From: Octopus vulgaris
Taxonomy: Eukaryota
Direction of reading: 5' to 3'
Assembly (NCBI GenBank): GCA_951406725.2
Contig: OX597835.1
Coordinates: 26,722,001-26,786,000, forward strand
DNA: 64,000 nucleotides
Both the position numbers and the translations under genes were made by a program. This document shows positions 14,970 to 27,685 of the stretch, in pieces. Every line of letters starts with the position of its first letter. Position 1 is the stretch's first letter. The notes beneath the pieces are model-generated. The model saw only the letters and a program-made list of their open reading frames with translations, was not told where the DNA came from and did no database searches.

Positions 14970-15530
14970 GGAGGGAGTTAAAAATACGAAGAGCATGGTT
15001 AGTGTCGTGGATGCATGAGGGGAGGGAAGCCACTAGGGGGGCAAGGACACGGTCGAGATATTTCGAGATCAATTCCATGAGGCAGTTACAGGCGAAGGCG
15101 ATGGGGCGGTCGGGGTTGTTGAGCTTGTGGATTTGGGGAAGGAAGTAAATGGTGGGGTGCGACGAGTGAAGGCGGTGGGAGGGATACGGGAGGAGATGAG
15201 GTCATGGATAGTGGAGGACACAGTCTGTTGGAAGCTAGGCGTGGGGTTGGAGGGTAGAGGGCAAAAGAAGGAGGTGTCTTGAAGTTGGTGGAGAGCTTCA
15301 GCCTTGTAGGGGTCTGCGCGTCACACCACCACGGCGTCACACCACCACGGCGTCACACCACCACGGCGTCACACCACCACGGCGTCACACCACCACGGCG
15401 TCACACCACCACGGCGTCACACCACCACGGCTCCACCATTGTCGGCCGGTTTTATGATAATGTCTTTGCGGCATCGGAGACATCGAAGGGCGGAGAGTTC
15501 GGCTGGGTAGATGTTCAGATGTCGGGGACA
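14970..15530 (-). mobile_element. Penelope-like element RT N-terminal fossil
   Basis: Translation across frameshifts: AELSALRCLRCRKDIIIKPADNGGAVVV*R ... YKAEALHQLQDTSFF ... PQIHKLNNPDRPIAFACNCLMELISKYLDRVLAPLVASLPSCIHDTNHAL, matching the PLE DKG and PKIHK..P.RPI motifs. Confidence 0.9.
15319..15430. repeat. Seven perfect tandem copies of the 16-bp unit CGTCACACCACCACGG
   Basis: Counted directly; the unit is the reverse complement of the PLE AVVV(W)R codons. Confidence 0.95.
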
Positions 15531-15879
15531 CCTGCGAAAGTTAAACCGGTCCCTGTGACAGTTGACCGAGGCCCAGATCTGAACTCAGAAATGTAAAGGC
15601 TCGAAAAAAAAAAAAAAAAGCCAGAAAGCACTAGAAGGCAAATATTTATTTATTCATATATTTATTTATTTATTTATTTATTTATTTATTAGAACGCAGT
15701 GCTGCCAATACGGCCAACTGGTCAATAACAACAACAAATAGAACGAATTAATCTGTTTCAATCCATTTTTATTTTCTAGAACAAATAGATATTTTGGTTT
15801 CTGCTGTAAAGGAAACTGTTGGTATTTCAGGACGGCAGGCTCTTTGTTTGACGCTGTTGTTGTTGTTACTGTCGTCGTC

Positions 15880-16061
15880 GTCATCGCTATTGTTGTGTTG
15901 TTGTTGTTGCTGTTGTTGTTGCGGCTACTGCTGCTGTTCTTGTTCTTGGTGATGATAATGATGATGATGATGATGCAACCGTTGTTCTTGTTCCGCTTTT
16001 GTTATTGTCCAACTACGCAACTTTTATTTCTCATACCGTCATACTAGCAGCAGCAGCAGCT

Positions 16062-16107
<46 letters not shown>

Positions 16108-17410
16108 CAGCAGCATTGGTTGTGGTGTGGGGTAGTGATGATGGTGGTGGTTGTGAAGATGGTGGTGGCAGTGCTGGTTCTGGTGCTGGTGCTAGTAGTA
16201 GTAGTAGCATAGATTGTGGTGGTGGTGGTGGTGGTGGCAGTACCAGTCGCAGTCGTAGTTGTTTGTAGCAGCTGTAGTGTTGGCGGTGGTAGTGTAGTGG
16301 TAGTAGCAATAGCAATAGCAGTGGTGGTGGTGGTTGTAGTAGTAGTGGTGGTGGCAGTGTTGGTGCTGTGGCTGTAGTGGCTTTTTGCAATCGTTACAAG
16401 TCAGCTGTTTCTGTAACAGCTGACTTGTTTATTGTTGCCACACTTGTTGTTGTTGTTGTTGGTGGTGGTGTGAAGGTAGTGGTGGTGGAGTGGTGGTAGT
16501 GGTTGTGGTGGTGGAGTGGTGGTGGTGGTGGAGTGGTGGTGGTGGTGGAGTGGTGGTGGTGGTGGATTGGTGATGGGAGTGGTGGATGTGGTGGTGGTGG
16601 TGGTGGTGGTGGCGTTGGTGGTGTAGTGGTGATGGTGGTGGAGAGGTGGTGGTGGTGGTGGAGAGGTGGTGGTGGTGGAGTGGTGTTTGTGATTGTTGTT
16701 GTTCTTGTTTTGTTGTTGTTGTTCTTCTTCTTCTTTTCCTTCTTCTTGCTGCTGCCCTTGTTGTTGTTGTTGTTGTTGTTGGATGATATTTGCTGGGTGG
16801 TTCCATGGCAGAGAATCAATATTTTACCAATTTGATTAGAATACCACCACCACTGCAGACAATACTACTATCTCATAATCCACAACCACCACAGCCACTT
16901 GTACCACCACCAGCTGTATCACGACCACGACCACCACCACGGGCTCAACTACCACCACCACTGTAACAGCCGTCACCGTTGCAGCTACAGCCGCGACGAA
17001 CAAAATGTATACTACCTCAGCAACAACCACGAATACCAACGCCACCACCTATACTACAACCACTACCACTTACGTCACCTTCATTTACATCCACTGTCGC
17101 TACCATCATCACAATCATCACAACTACCACCACCACCTTCACCGCGACACCGACGCCACCACCTTCACTACTATGAGCAACACCACCAGCTCCTTCGCTA
17201 CAGCTGCCATCACCACCATTACCACCACTACCAGCACCACTGCTACCCTCACCACCACCTTCACCACCACCACCACCACCACTACCACCATCCTCATTAC
17301 CACCTCTAGCTGCACCACTGCTATCCCCACCACCATCGCCACCACTGCCAGTAACATTACCACCCTCCTTTTCACCACTACCATCACCACCACCAACAAC
17401 AGCAACAACA
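15880..17410. repeat. Degenerate trinucleotide low-complexity tract (GTG/GTA-rich, then ACC/CAC-rich)
   Basis: Read directly; strand polarity switches at about 16840. Confidence 0.9.
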
Positions 17411-17412
17411 GT

Positions 17413-17580
17413 GGAGGCGCAATGGCCCAGTGGTTAGGGCAGCGGACCGGGTATTGTGAGTGTTTATTGAGCAAAAGCACCTCCGCTCCAAGAAGCTCCG
17501 ACGTGGCGAGGATGGTGAACCCCGCTGTACTCTTTCACCACAACTTTCTCTCACTCTTTCTTCCTACTTCTGTCACAAAG
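17413..17580 (+). mobile_element. Internally deleted tRNA-derived SINE
   Basis: GGAGGCGCAATGGCCCAGTGGTTAGGGCAGCGGAC head; a related head lies at 38366-38480. Confidence 0.6.
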
Positions 17581-17857
17581 TAGAGGAACCATGGTGTAAC
17601 CCACTATGGTGTGGTAAACTTTCAGACCCTAGTCTAGATTGCGAATCCTCTGTACCCCAGGATGGTTCAGCTCTCCACCCATCAAAAGCCACCATTTACG
17701 GAATGAGGAAAACAACATAGCTTTCGCGTCCGTGTAACCGCCAGTCTATCGCGTGTGTGGTGAGTGGATCTTCAAGTTGCCACACGCATTCTTAGTAGCT
17801 TAGAGTAGGCTCGAATTAGAGATTATTTTTTGTGGCTAATGGCGTGAGTCCTGATTG

Positions 17858-18680
17858 GAAGAAGAAGAAGAAGAAGAAGAAGAAGAAGAAGAAGAAGAAG
17901 AAGAAGAAGAAGAAGAAGAAGAAGAAGAAGAAGAAGAAGAAGAAGAAGAAGGAGGAGGAGGAGGAGGAGGAGGAAGAGAGAAGAAGAAGGAGGAGGAGGA
18001 AGAGGAGGAGGAGAAGAAGAAGAAGAAGAAGAAGAAGAAGGAGGAGGAGGAGGAGGAAAAGAAGAAGAAGAAGAAGAAGAAGAAGAAGGAGGAGGAGGAG
18101 GAGGAGGGGGGGAGGAGAAGAAGAAGGAGGAGGAGGAGGAGGAGGAGGAGGGGGAAAAGAAGAAGAAGAAGAAGAAGAAGAAGGAGGAGGAGGAGGAGGA
18201 AAAGAAGAAGAAGAAGAAGAAGAAGAAGAAGAAGAAGAAGAAGAAGATTAGCGGTTCGGCAAAAAGAGACCGATAGAATAAGTACTGGCTTACAAAGAAT
18301 AAGTCCCGGGGTCGATTTGCATGGCCGCAGTCAAATGACCGAAACAAGTAAAAGAGTTAAGAGTAACAGCAGAAAGAGCAACAGCGAAAATAGCAACAAC
18401 ATCAACCAGAAGAATAACTACAAGAAGAACAATAACCACAACGACAGCAAGAAACACGGCAGCAGCAGCAGCAGCAGCAGCAGAAGCGGTAGCATCGACA
18501 GCAACAACAACAACAACAACAGCAGCAGCAAGGATAATAGTCATTTCATCTCTAGACACAAAACCTTAAATATTTTTAGAAGAAGAAGAAGAAGAAGAAG
18601 AAGAAGAAGAAGAAGAAGAAGAAGAAGAAGAAGAAGAAGAAGAAGAAGAAGAAGAAGAAGAAGAAGAAGAAGAAGAAGAC
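17858..18680. repeat. (GAA)n/(GGA)n polypurine tracts flanking a SINE-A tail (18249-18365) and a CAA/CAG tract
   Basis: Read directly from sequence. Confidence 0.95.
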
Positions 18681-19115
18681 AGTAACAATTCCAATGGATG
18701 AGGTAGAAAACGGATGCAGAAGTTTTTGGGCCTTTAAACCAGCCAGAAGGGATAAACGTGCAGTCAAGCATCTGGCATAGACCATAGCAACAGAATTTGA
18801 TGGAATTTGATGGAATATTTTCTGATAAAGAAATGCTTTTTGTTTGTAATTTGGTTGAGACTGATAAAGCTTGAAATACGAAAAAAAATTAGTCGGTATG
18901 TGTGTTTTGTTCAAACGCTGAATTTACTGCGGGATAGCGTCTGGGATAAGCTTCTTATACAACGCTGAGGATTAAAGAACACTTGATTATCATAGAGCAG
19001 GCTTTTAGTTCCTAATTTAACTTACTTTCACATGTGCCTCACCGTGGCACATCAGAACGTATTTTTCATTCTGTATATAAGTTGTAACTATAGCTAATAT
19101 AAATATATGTATATG

Positions 19116-19201
<86 letters not shown>

Positions 19202-19206
19202 TAAAC

Positions 19207-19262
<56 letters not shown>

Positions 19263-19273
19263 TATATACATAC

Positions 19274-19358
<85 letters not shown>

Positions 19359-20009
19359 GTCGATTTCTTTGACTAAAAGATGGTGCTCCAGCATGGCCAC
19401 AGTCAAATGACTGAAACAAGTAAAAATAGTAAAAGGCAAAAGAACATATATATCCACGCACACACACAAACACACACAAACACACACACACACATGCATA
19501 CAGATGTGTGTACGCATACATGCACGTTTTTATGTATGCAGGAACGATCAGAAGAAGAAGCAGCGAGAACAACGTAGAGGCTGCTGAGAAAGCATCTTAG
19601 ATGGCTCTAGCTGCAAAGAGATGACCAGTGGGGTCAGTAGGGTACCATTTCGGTTGTAGGTCTAGTCTTAGTTTTCATTAGTCTAGATCGGATCGCTCGA
19701 ATGCTGGTGTACCTTATAAGAGCCGAAACTGCCAGTGAGTCCAGGATACAATGCTGATGGTGTCTCCAAGAATTATATGTTGAACTGCCGCCGTTATGCG
19801 CGTGTTTAGATGGGTTTTAGTAAAACAGTGGGTAGAACAAAATACATTTTCTTTCATACGATATGTGTAAGTACTGGAGTTCGACAAAACCCATCAAACC
19901 GATATCCCAGCGCGGTCGCAGTCCAATGACTAAAGCAAGCAACAGATAAAAGATTTGTGCATGCATATATGTATGTATGTATATATGTATATGCCTGTGT
20001 ATGTATATG

Positions 20010-20082
<73 letters not shown>

Positions 20083-20111
20083 GTGCATGTTTGTATATAT
20101 GTATATATATA

Positions 20112-21297
20112 TTGAGTCATCCCATAAATAATGCAGATTTTTCAATTGCATGAACTAAAAGTCGGAGTGGCACGGGATAAACTACCTGCATCAACTTGCT
20201 TTGAAAGCAGGTAGTAATTTTACCTTGTGCTTATTCTTAGTGCAAGTTTTGAAGAGTGCAGTTCGATTTTAATAGTTTTTTTTTTCAAAGCTATAATGGA
20301 AGTGAGAAAGGAGTATATTCGGCTTATCTTGCTTTATGAGTTCAATAAAGGCAACAACGCAACGGAAAATGCGAGGAATATTAATGCAGTATATGGGGGG
20401 GGGACAATAAGCGTAAGCCGGTTTTAAGTGTGGTTCCAGAAATTTCTAGCCACGTCCTGGAAGATCTGTGGTGTTCGACGAAGACGTCCTGCAAACCATA
20501 GTGGAACAACATTCAATCGTAGCTGTTGAGGAACTAGCAGAGAAGTTTGAATTTGTTCGTTCAACCATTCATCGACACCTGCGTGCTATCGGAAAAGTCA
20601 GCAAATTGGGTCAATGGGTTCCTCACAAACTTTCTGAGTCTAATCGCGCGCAGTGGGTGAATGTGTGCTTTTCTTTGCTGTTACGTCTCAACAAAGAACT
20701 TTTGGGGAACAAATAACGAATGGTAACGACAAATGGGTTCTCTATAAAAATGTCAAGCAAATAGATAGGGAAAGGAAAAGCACTGGTACCCCAAGCTAAA
20801 GAAGGCCTTCACACACGTAAGGTGTTGCTCTCTGTTTGGTGGGATATGAAAGGTTTTGTCCACTTCGAACTTTTAAACACAGCGCTAGAAGAAAAATGAC
20901 CAACTTTGGTTCCAAGACGAAAGGTGGACTTCCATGCTCGACAACATACAGCGAGGATGACAATCCAAGGGCTGGAGCAGTTTGAATGGGAGACGAGGGC
21001 TCACCCACCATATTCACCGGACATTACCCCATCTGATTATCATTTATTCTGCAGTCTTCAAAATCATTTGGACGGAAAAATTAAGAATTCTGTAGACGAG
21101 ATCAGAACAGTACTGGAGGAGTATTTTTCTTCAGGGACTGGTGAATTTTAGAAAAGGGGTCTTACAATTCGACCAGATATATGGTAGAGCATTGTAGAAA
21201 ATGAAAGAGAGTATGTTTTAGATTAAAAAAAACCAACTTTATCTAAATTTTGAAAACTAAAAGAAGTATAAAAAACCCGCATTCGTTATAGGAAGAC

Positions 21298-21301
<4 letters not shown>
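20112..21301 (+). mobile_element. Full-length decayed mariner element
   Basis: TIRs TTGAGTCATCCCATAAATAATGC / GCATTCGTTATAGGAAGACCCAA with TA flanks. Broken ORF with WVPHKL and HPPYSPDITPSDYHLFCSLQN motifs. Confidence 0.95.
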
Positions 21302-21332
<31 letters not shown>

Positions 21333-22250
21333 ATTATTATTATGTAGGCAGGTAGGTATACCCGCACAGATATATATATACACATGTATGTATTGTATTT
21401 ATAAATGTGTGTGTGTGTGAGTGCGGGTGTGTATACAGTTCCGCTTGATTGAAGATCACCTGAGGTGAGACAACAACAAAAAGCTTCATCTGCTATATAT
21501 AGAATTCAAAGAGCATCAATCGTTCGATCGATCGATCGATCACTCACCTCTATCCCTCTCTTCCCATCCCCATCCCTCCATCCATCGAACTATCCATCCA
21601 AACGTTATAAAGTCACCTGCACCAACACACACACACACGCACGCACGCACAGACGTTTGACCCACCCCAACAATTCCATCAAAGCCACCACCACCACTTC
21701 AACTACACATGATACATCAGTCTTAGAATTTGTCTGAAGAATTAGAGATCAAATATTATATCGTATGAGAGAATTGTAACAATTCCTCTTTCAGCTTAAC
21801 GGAATTAATTAACCGTTTTCCTTTCTTCTTTTTCGGTTTTTGTTCGTTTTCATTTGTAACTTTTTCTTTTTTTTTTCTTTTCTTTCGGTATTTCAAGAAA
21901 TAGAGGAGGAATGATCTCTATCGACCACTTATAGACATCATTGGAAAAGATTCTTAGAAGTTGATGATAAAAGAAGCCGAAAATATATTTTTGAAATATA
22001 TATTCCGTACCTCAATAGGACGAAATGTGGAAGCAGTTGCCACCTTTTGCAAAAGGTCACTTACATTTAAACACACACTCACACACTCACACACACACTC
22101 ACACACACACACGTGTGTGTATGCATATCACATACATGGAATTCATAAATGCATACATATGCTTATCTCTCTCTCTCTCTCTATCTCTATATATATATAT
22201 ATATATATATATAAACATATATATACATACATACATATACACATATATAT

Positions 22251-22311
<61 letters not shown>

Positions 22312-22431
22312 CATACATACATACATACATACATACATACATAAATACATACATATATATATATATATGTGCGTGTGTGTGTGTAGAAAGATAAATTTTA
22401 TGCAACACGTAGATACTGAACAGTATATATA

Positions 22432-23720
22432 TTAGCTCATCCCATAAGTTCTGTCCGAATTTTCAATAAAGAAAACAAGTGATCAAATGTTATATTTAAT
22501 TAAAATTCAATCATCAATGTACTTTCCCTGATTATCTATGACTTCCTTCCGTCTATTTACAAGCTTTTTAATCCCATCAATGTAAAACTCTTTTGGTTTC
22601 AAAGCGAAGAACTCTGAAATGTCAGTTTCGACCTCCTCCTGGCTTGCGAAAGTTATGTCCCCCAAACGATTCTGCAAACTACGAAACAAATGGTAGTCTG
22701 AAGGAGCAATATCTAGAGAATAAGGTGGATGAGGAATTTTTCCCAACCAAGCTCTCTTCGATCTTCTGTGATGTGATCTTTGCAGTGTAGGGTCACGCAT
22801 TGTCCTGATGAAACATCACTCCTTTTCGATTCACTAAAGCGGGGCTTTTTTTTCCTTCAAAGCTTGGTTCAAACACTCTAATTACTGAAAGTAGACTTGA
22901 GCATTGATTGTTGCATTAGGTGGTAACAATTCAAAAGTGAATTACTCCTTTGCAATCCCACCAGATAGAGAGAAGAACCTTTTTCTCCATGAAATTCCCT
23001 TCTCGGTTGTGGTTGAACTTTTTCCCTTTTACCAAGACATTGTTTTCAACGTTTAACATTTCGATAGAAGATCCATTATTCGTTATCAGTCACAAGTCTA
23101 TCCAAAAAGGGTGAAATAAGTTCGCGAGAATGGAGAGAAGAGCAGATGTCAACTCGGGAATTGCGGTTGCTTTCGGACAATTCATGAGACACCCATTTTC
23201 CAAGTTTAGGAACCTTTCCAAGTTGTTGAAGATGACGACAGACAATTGTATGGTTTGAACTAAGCTTTATTGCCAATTCTTCAACTGATAATGCAGGATT
23301 TTCTTCAAGTAATGCCCCAAGGAGCTTATCATCAAACTCAACTGGACGTCCTGTTCGAGCTTCATCTTCAAGGCTGAAATCTCCACTTCTGAATTTTGCA
23401 AACCATCTTCTGCAAATTCTTTCATTCAAGCATTCTTTCCCATAAACTGAGTGTATGTTTCGAGTCGCATCGGCTGCAGAGTTTCCTTTTTTGTACTCAT
23501 AAAGCATTATTTGCCTCAAATGCTCTTTGGATACTTCCATGTTAGAAAGGGTTTTAATCAAAGATATTTTAATTCTATTATTCTGTAAAATAATATTTAA
23601 TTTGTTTAAATGAACACAAATTCATAAAAATAATTTTCAATTCCATTAGACATTCTAAAATATTAAATTTCATTCAATTTTAAAAAGGTAAAATCTGACA
23701 ACACTTATGGGATGACCTGA
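22432..23720 (-). mobile_element. Full-length decayed mariner element (~1.29 kb)
   Basis: TIRs TTAGCTCATCCCATAAGTTCTGTC / GACAACACTTATGGGATGACCTGA with TA flanks. ORFs 23076-23561 (WVSHEL) and 22507-22800 (HPPYSLDIAPSDYHLFRSLQN) are interrupted by stops. Confidence 0.97.
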
Positions 23721-24379
23721 TATAAAGGATAAAATCCTTTTTTAAAAGGAGAAAAATTTGTCGGCAGCCAACAAATTTTACTGCATGTGTGTGTGTGTGT
23801 GGGGGGGGGGTTATGTACCTGTGACTTAGCGGTTTGGCAAAAGTGACCGATAGAATATTACCAGGCTTCAAAAATAAAGCCAAAATAAAAAAAAAACAAT
23901 TCCTGCTAGGGTAGGGTCAATTCATTCGACTAAAAATTCTTTGAGGTGGTGCCCCAGCATGGCCGCAGTCCATTGGCCGAAACAGGATAAACGATATTGT
24001 CATTATTATACATTATCAATAATAATATTGCTTTCAAATTTTGGCACAAGGCCCGCAATTCAGAAGAGGAAAGGGTGAGTCAATTACATCGACCCTAGTA
24101 CACAACTGGTACTTATTTTATCGACCTCGAAAGGATGGAAGGCAAAGTCGACTTCGGCGAAAGTTTGAACTGAGAATGTGAAGTCGGACGAAACGCCGTC
24201 AAGCGTTTTGTCCGACTTGCTAACTATTCTACCAGTTCGCCCGCCCTACATCCTCGTTAATATTAATTAATTATTACGTCAGTGATTAAGTGATAATGTC
24301 CGATACTTGTTTTTACTGATCAGCTTCATTATACGTCGGTCTTAATTGGCCACCAGGGGGGTTTTCGTCCGAACCAGCT

Positions 24380-25180
24380 CGACAATGATGGCGATGGTAA
24401 TGATGATGACGGTGATGATGAAGATGATGATGATCATCATGATGATGATCATCATGATGATGATCATGATGATCATGATGATGGTGGTGGTGGTGGTGAT
24501 GGTGGTGTTGGTGGTGTTGGTGTTGGTGGTGGTGGTGGTGATGGTGGTGGTGGTGATGGTGGTGGTGTTGGTGGTGGTGGTGGAGGAGCTAGTGGTGCAG
24601 GCAGTGCTGCTGGTGGTGACGACAATGATGATGATGATGATGCTGGTGCTAGTGCTGGTGCTGGTGCTGGTGCTGGCGCTGATGCTGACGGAGGCGGTGG
24701 CGCTGGTGGAAGTACTGGTGGTGACGACGATGATGATGGTGGTGGTGACGACGACGGTGATGATGGAGATGAGACGATGATGAAGATGGTGGTCATGAAG
24801 ACGATGACGACTACGACGACGACGACGACGAAGACGATGACGATGATGAAGATAATGATGATGAGGAGGAGGAGGAGGAGAAAGAAGACGACGGCGAGGA
24901 GGAGGGGAGGAGGAGGAGGAGGAAGGGGAATATAGCAATGAGGGTAACGACGATAATGATGATGATGAGATGATGAGGAGGAGGAGGAGGAGGAGGAGGA
25001 GAAGAAGAAGGAGGAGGAGGTGGAGAAGGAGGAGGAGGATGAATATAACAGTGATGGTGATGATGACGATGATGATGATAAGGAGGGGAGGGGGAGGGGA
25101 GGGGAGAAGGAGGACGACGACGATGATGATGTGGACCATAATAATAATGGTGATGATGATGACGACGACGATGACGGCTG
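24380..25180. repeat. GAT/GGT/GAG trinucleotide low-complexity tract
   Basis: Read directly from sequence. Confidence 0.9.
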
Positions 25181-25467
25181 CGGCAAAACGTCGATAATTC
25201 ATTGAAAAATGCAAACAAACAAACAAACAAACCAAACCAAACAAACTAAACAAGACAAAAAGCAATTGTTTCGAGTTGAGATTTCTGTTCTGAAAAAATC
25301 CGATAAAAAAAGATTTAATTTTTCAACAATTCCAGATGTTTCTTTTCTTCTTTTTTCTCTTCCAGTCGCGAATTATCTCTGTCTGGCTTTGTTACTTGTG
25401 TTTGCCTCACTGTTTTATCTGTCTGTCTGTGCGTCTTTTATGTCTGATATGACATACCACTGGCCGG

Positions 25468-26820
25468 CTGGATGGATGGATGGATGGATGGATGGATGGA
25501 TGGAGAGTGGAATGGATGGAGGAATGGATGGATGGATGGATGGAGGGAGGGAGGGAGAGTGGAATTGATGGAGGAATGGATGGATGGAGATTTGGATGGA
25601 TGGAGGAATGGATGGATGGATGGAGGAATGATGGATGGAGGAATGGATGGATGGATGGAATGGATGGATGGATGGAGGAATGGATGGAGGAATGGATGGA
25701 GAGTGGAATGGATGGAGGAATGGATGGATGGAGATTTGGATGGATGGAGGGATGGATGGATGGATGGAGGAATGGATGGATGGATGGAGGAATGGATGGA
25801 TGGAGGGAGGGATGGATGGATGGATGGATGGAGGGAGGGAGGGAGGGAGGGATGGATGGAGGGATGGATGGATGGAGGAATGGATGGATGGATGGAGGAA
25901 TGGATGGATGGAGGAATGGATGGATGGATGGAGGAATGGATGGATGGATGGAGGAATGGATGGATGGATGGAGGAATGGATGGATGGATGGAGGGATGGA
26001 TGGATGGATGGAGGAATGGATGGATGGAGGAATGGATGGATGGAGGAATGGATGGAGGAATGGATGGAGAGTGGAATGGATGGAGGAATGGATGGATGGA
26101 GATTTGGATGGATGGAGGAATGGATGGATGGATGGAGGAATGGATGGATGGATGGAGGAATGGATGGATGGAGGAATGGATGGATGGATGGAGGAATGGA
26201 TGGATGGAGGAATGGATGGATGGAGGAATGGATGGATGGATGGAGGAATGGATGGATGGAGGAATGGATGGATGGATGGAGGAATGGATGGATGGAGGAA
26301 TGGATGGATGGATGGAGGAATGGATGGATGGAGATTTGGATGGAGGGAGGGAGGGAAGGATGGATGGATGGAGGAATGGATGGATGGAGGAATGGATGGA
26401 GATTTGGATGGATGGAGGAATGGATGGATGGAGATTTGGATGGATGGATGGAGGGATGGAGGGAGGGAGGGAAGGATGGATTGATGGATGGATGGATGGA
26501 TGGATGGATGGATGGAGGAATGGATAGATAGATGGAGGAAGGGAGGGAGGGATGGATGGTTGGATGTATGGAGGAATGGATGGATGGATGGATGGTTGAC
26601 TGGCTAGCTGACTGGCTGGATGGTTGGATGGCTGGATGGCTGGATGGATGACTGGAAAGAGGGAGGGAGGGAGGATGGATGGAGAGAGGGAGAGAGGAAA
26701 GGAAGGATGGAAGGCCTGAGAGATGGATGGAAGGATGGATGGATGAATGGATGGATGGATGGTTGGACGGATGGATGGTTGGTTGGATGGTTGGCTTGGC
26801 TGGCTGGCTGGCTTGTTGAC
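25468..26820. repeat. (GGAT)n/(GGAGGAAT)n purine-rich satellite with higher-order units
   Basis: Read directly. Variant words GGAGATTTGGAT and GGAGAGTGGAAT recur. Confidence 0.95.
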
Positions 26821-26909
26821 TGGAAAATCGGTAAACAACAAAGGAACCAGAACAATATGAGAAATTCCATCAAAGGATATTTATGTATCCCAAAGACAAT
26901 TGTTTTTAA

Positions 26910-27160
26910 CCCTTTTTCTGCAGAAATCTGACAATTCCACTCCAAATTCCATTACCCTTATCTGTGAAGGATAGTTTTATAAAACAAACCAAGTTTTGTT
27001 GAGGAATATCATGTCTGAAACTGGTTCTTGTTGAGATATGTCCAGTTCATTGAACCAGAAACAGGAATTGCAGAAAATAGCAATTCTAAATTTTTATTTT
27101 CGTAGATATTCGAACATCATTATTGGAATAAACATGAAAATAAATTTAACAATTGAAGGG
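26910..27160. mobile_element. piggyBac-type MITE
   Basis: TTAA|CCCTT ... AAGGG|TTAA. A degenerate relative at 27710-27965 shares TTTTGTTGAGGAATATCATGT. Confidence 0.75.
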
Positions 27161-27288
27161 TTAAGTCACTAATGTATGACTCGAGATTTGGTCGGCATTT
27201 CTAGCAAACCAAGCAACCATGACTCAAAAATGTGTTTTGTTTTTCAACAGGGTAAGCCTTTTATTGCGGAAATCAGATATATTCTGTC

Positions 27289-27685
27289 CTAGGACGTGTC
27301 GCTTAGGTAGGCAAGGTAGACAGCGCCTACCTTGAAAATAATAGATTGGTAGTAACATTTTCCTCTCTTGGCAAAATATGCACCTAATTCAATAAAATTA
27401 TGATGGTTACTCTGATTACTAAGCATAAAATACACAATCTGTTATTTTTTTTATTGATTAGGTAGGCACAATTCGCCTCTGCTTATCAATCTCAGTATTT
27501 AAGCCACGCATTCTACTGCTGTGGTACACAAGCTGCGTACATTTCTACAACAACGTTTACTTTACGTTCTATAAAGGCAGAAATAGATCTGCCTTCAACT
27601 CAGTCGCGCGCCTGTGTTTCGCTTATTTTTTATATGTTCTACTACATAAAGGTCGCCCTGAGTAAGTACTGACGGCACGTGCCTG
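27289..27685. mobile_element. Possible hAT-like non-autonomous element
   Basis: Imperfect terminal inverted match (CTAGGACGTGTCG.. / ..CGGCACGTGCCTG) and internal GTAGGCA repeats; no clear TSD. Confidence 0.35.

Noticed and set aside
15319-15430. Regular direct repeats as a CRISPR array
   Set aside because: No spacers, no cas genes, eukaryotic context; the unit derives from a PLE.
22507-23561. SETMAR-like domesticated transposase gene
   Set aside because: Stops and frameshifts, intact TIRs and no SET domain: an ordinary mariner fossil.
25438-26841. 467-aa PSIH and 351-aa WMDG repeat ORFs, superficially like Met/Trp-rich or reflectin-like repeat proteins
   Set aside because: Open in several frames on both strands because of GGAT repeats; no reflectin motif and no Tyr-rich composition.
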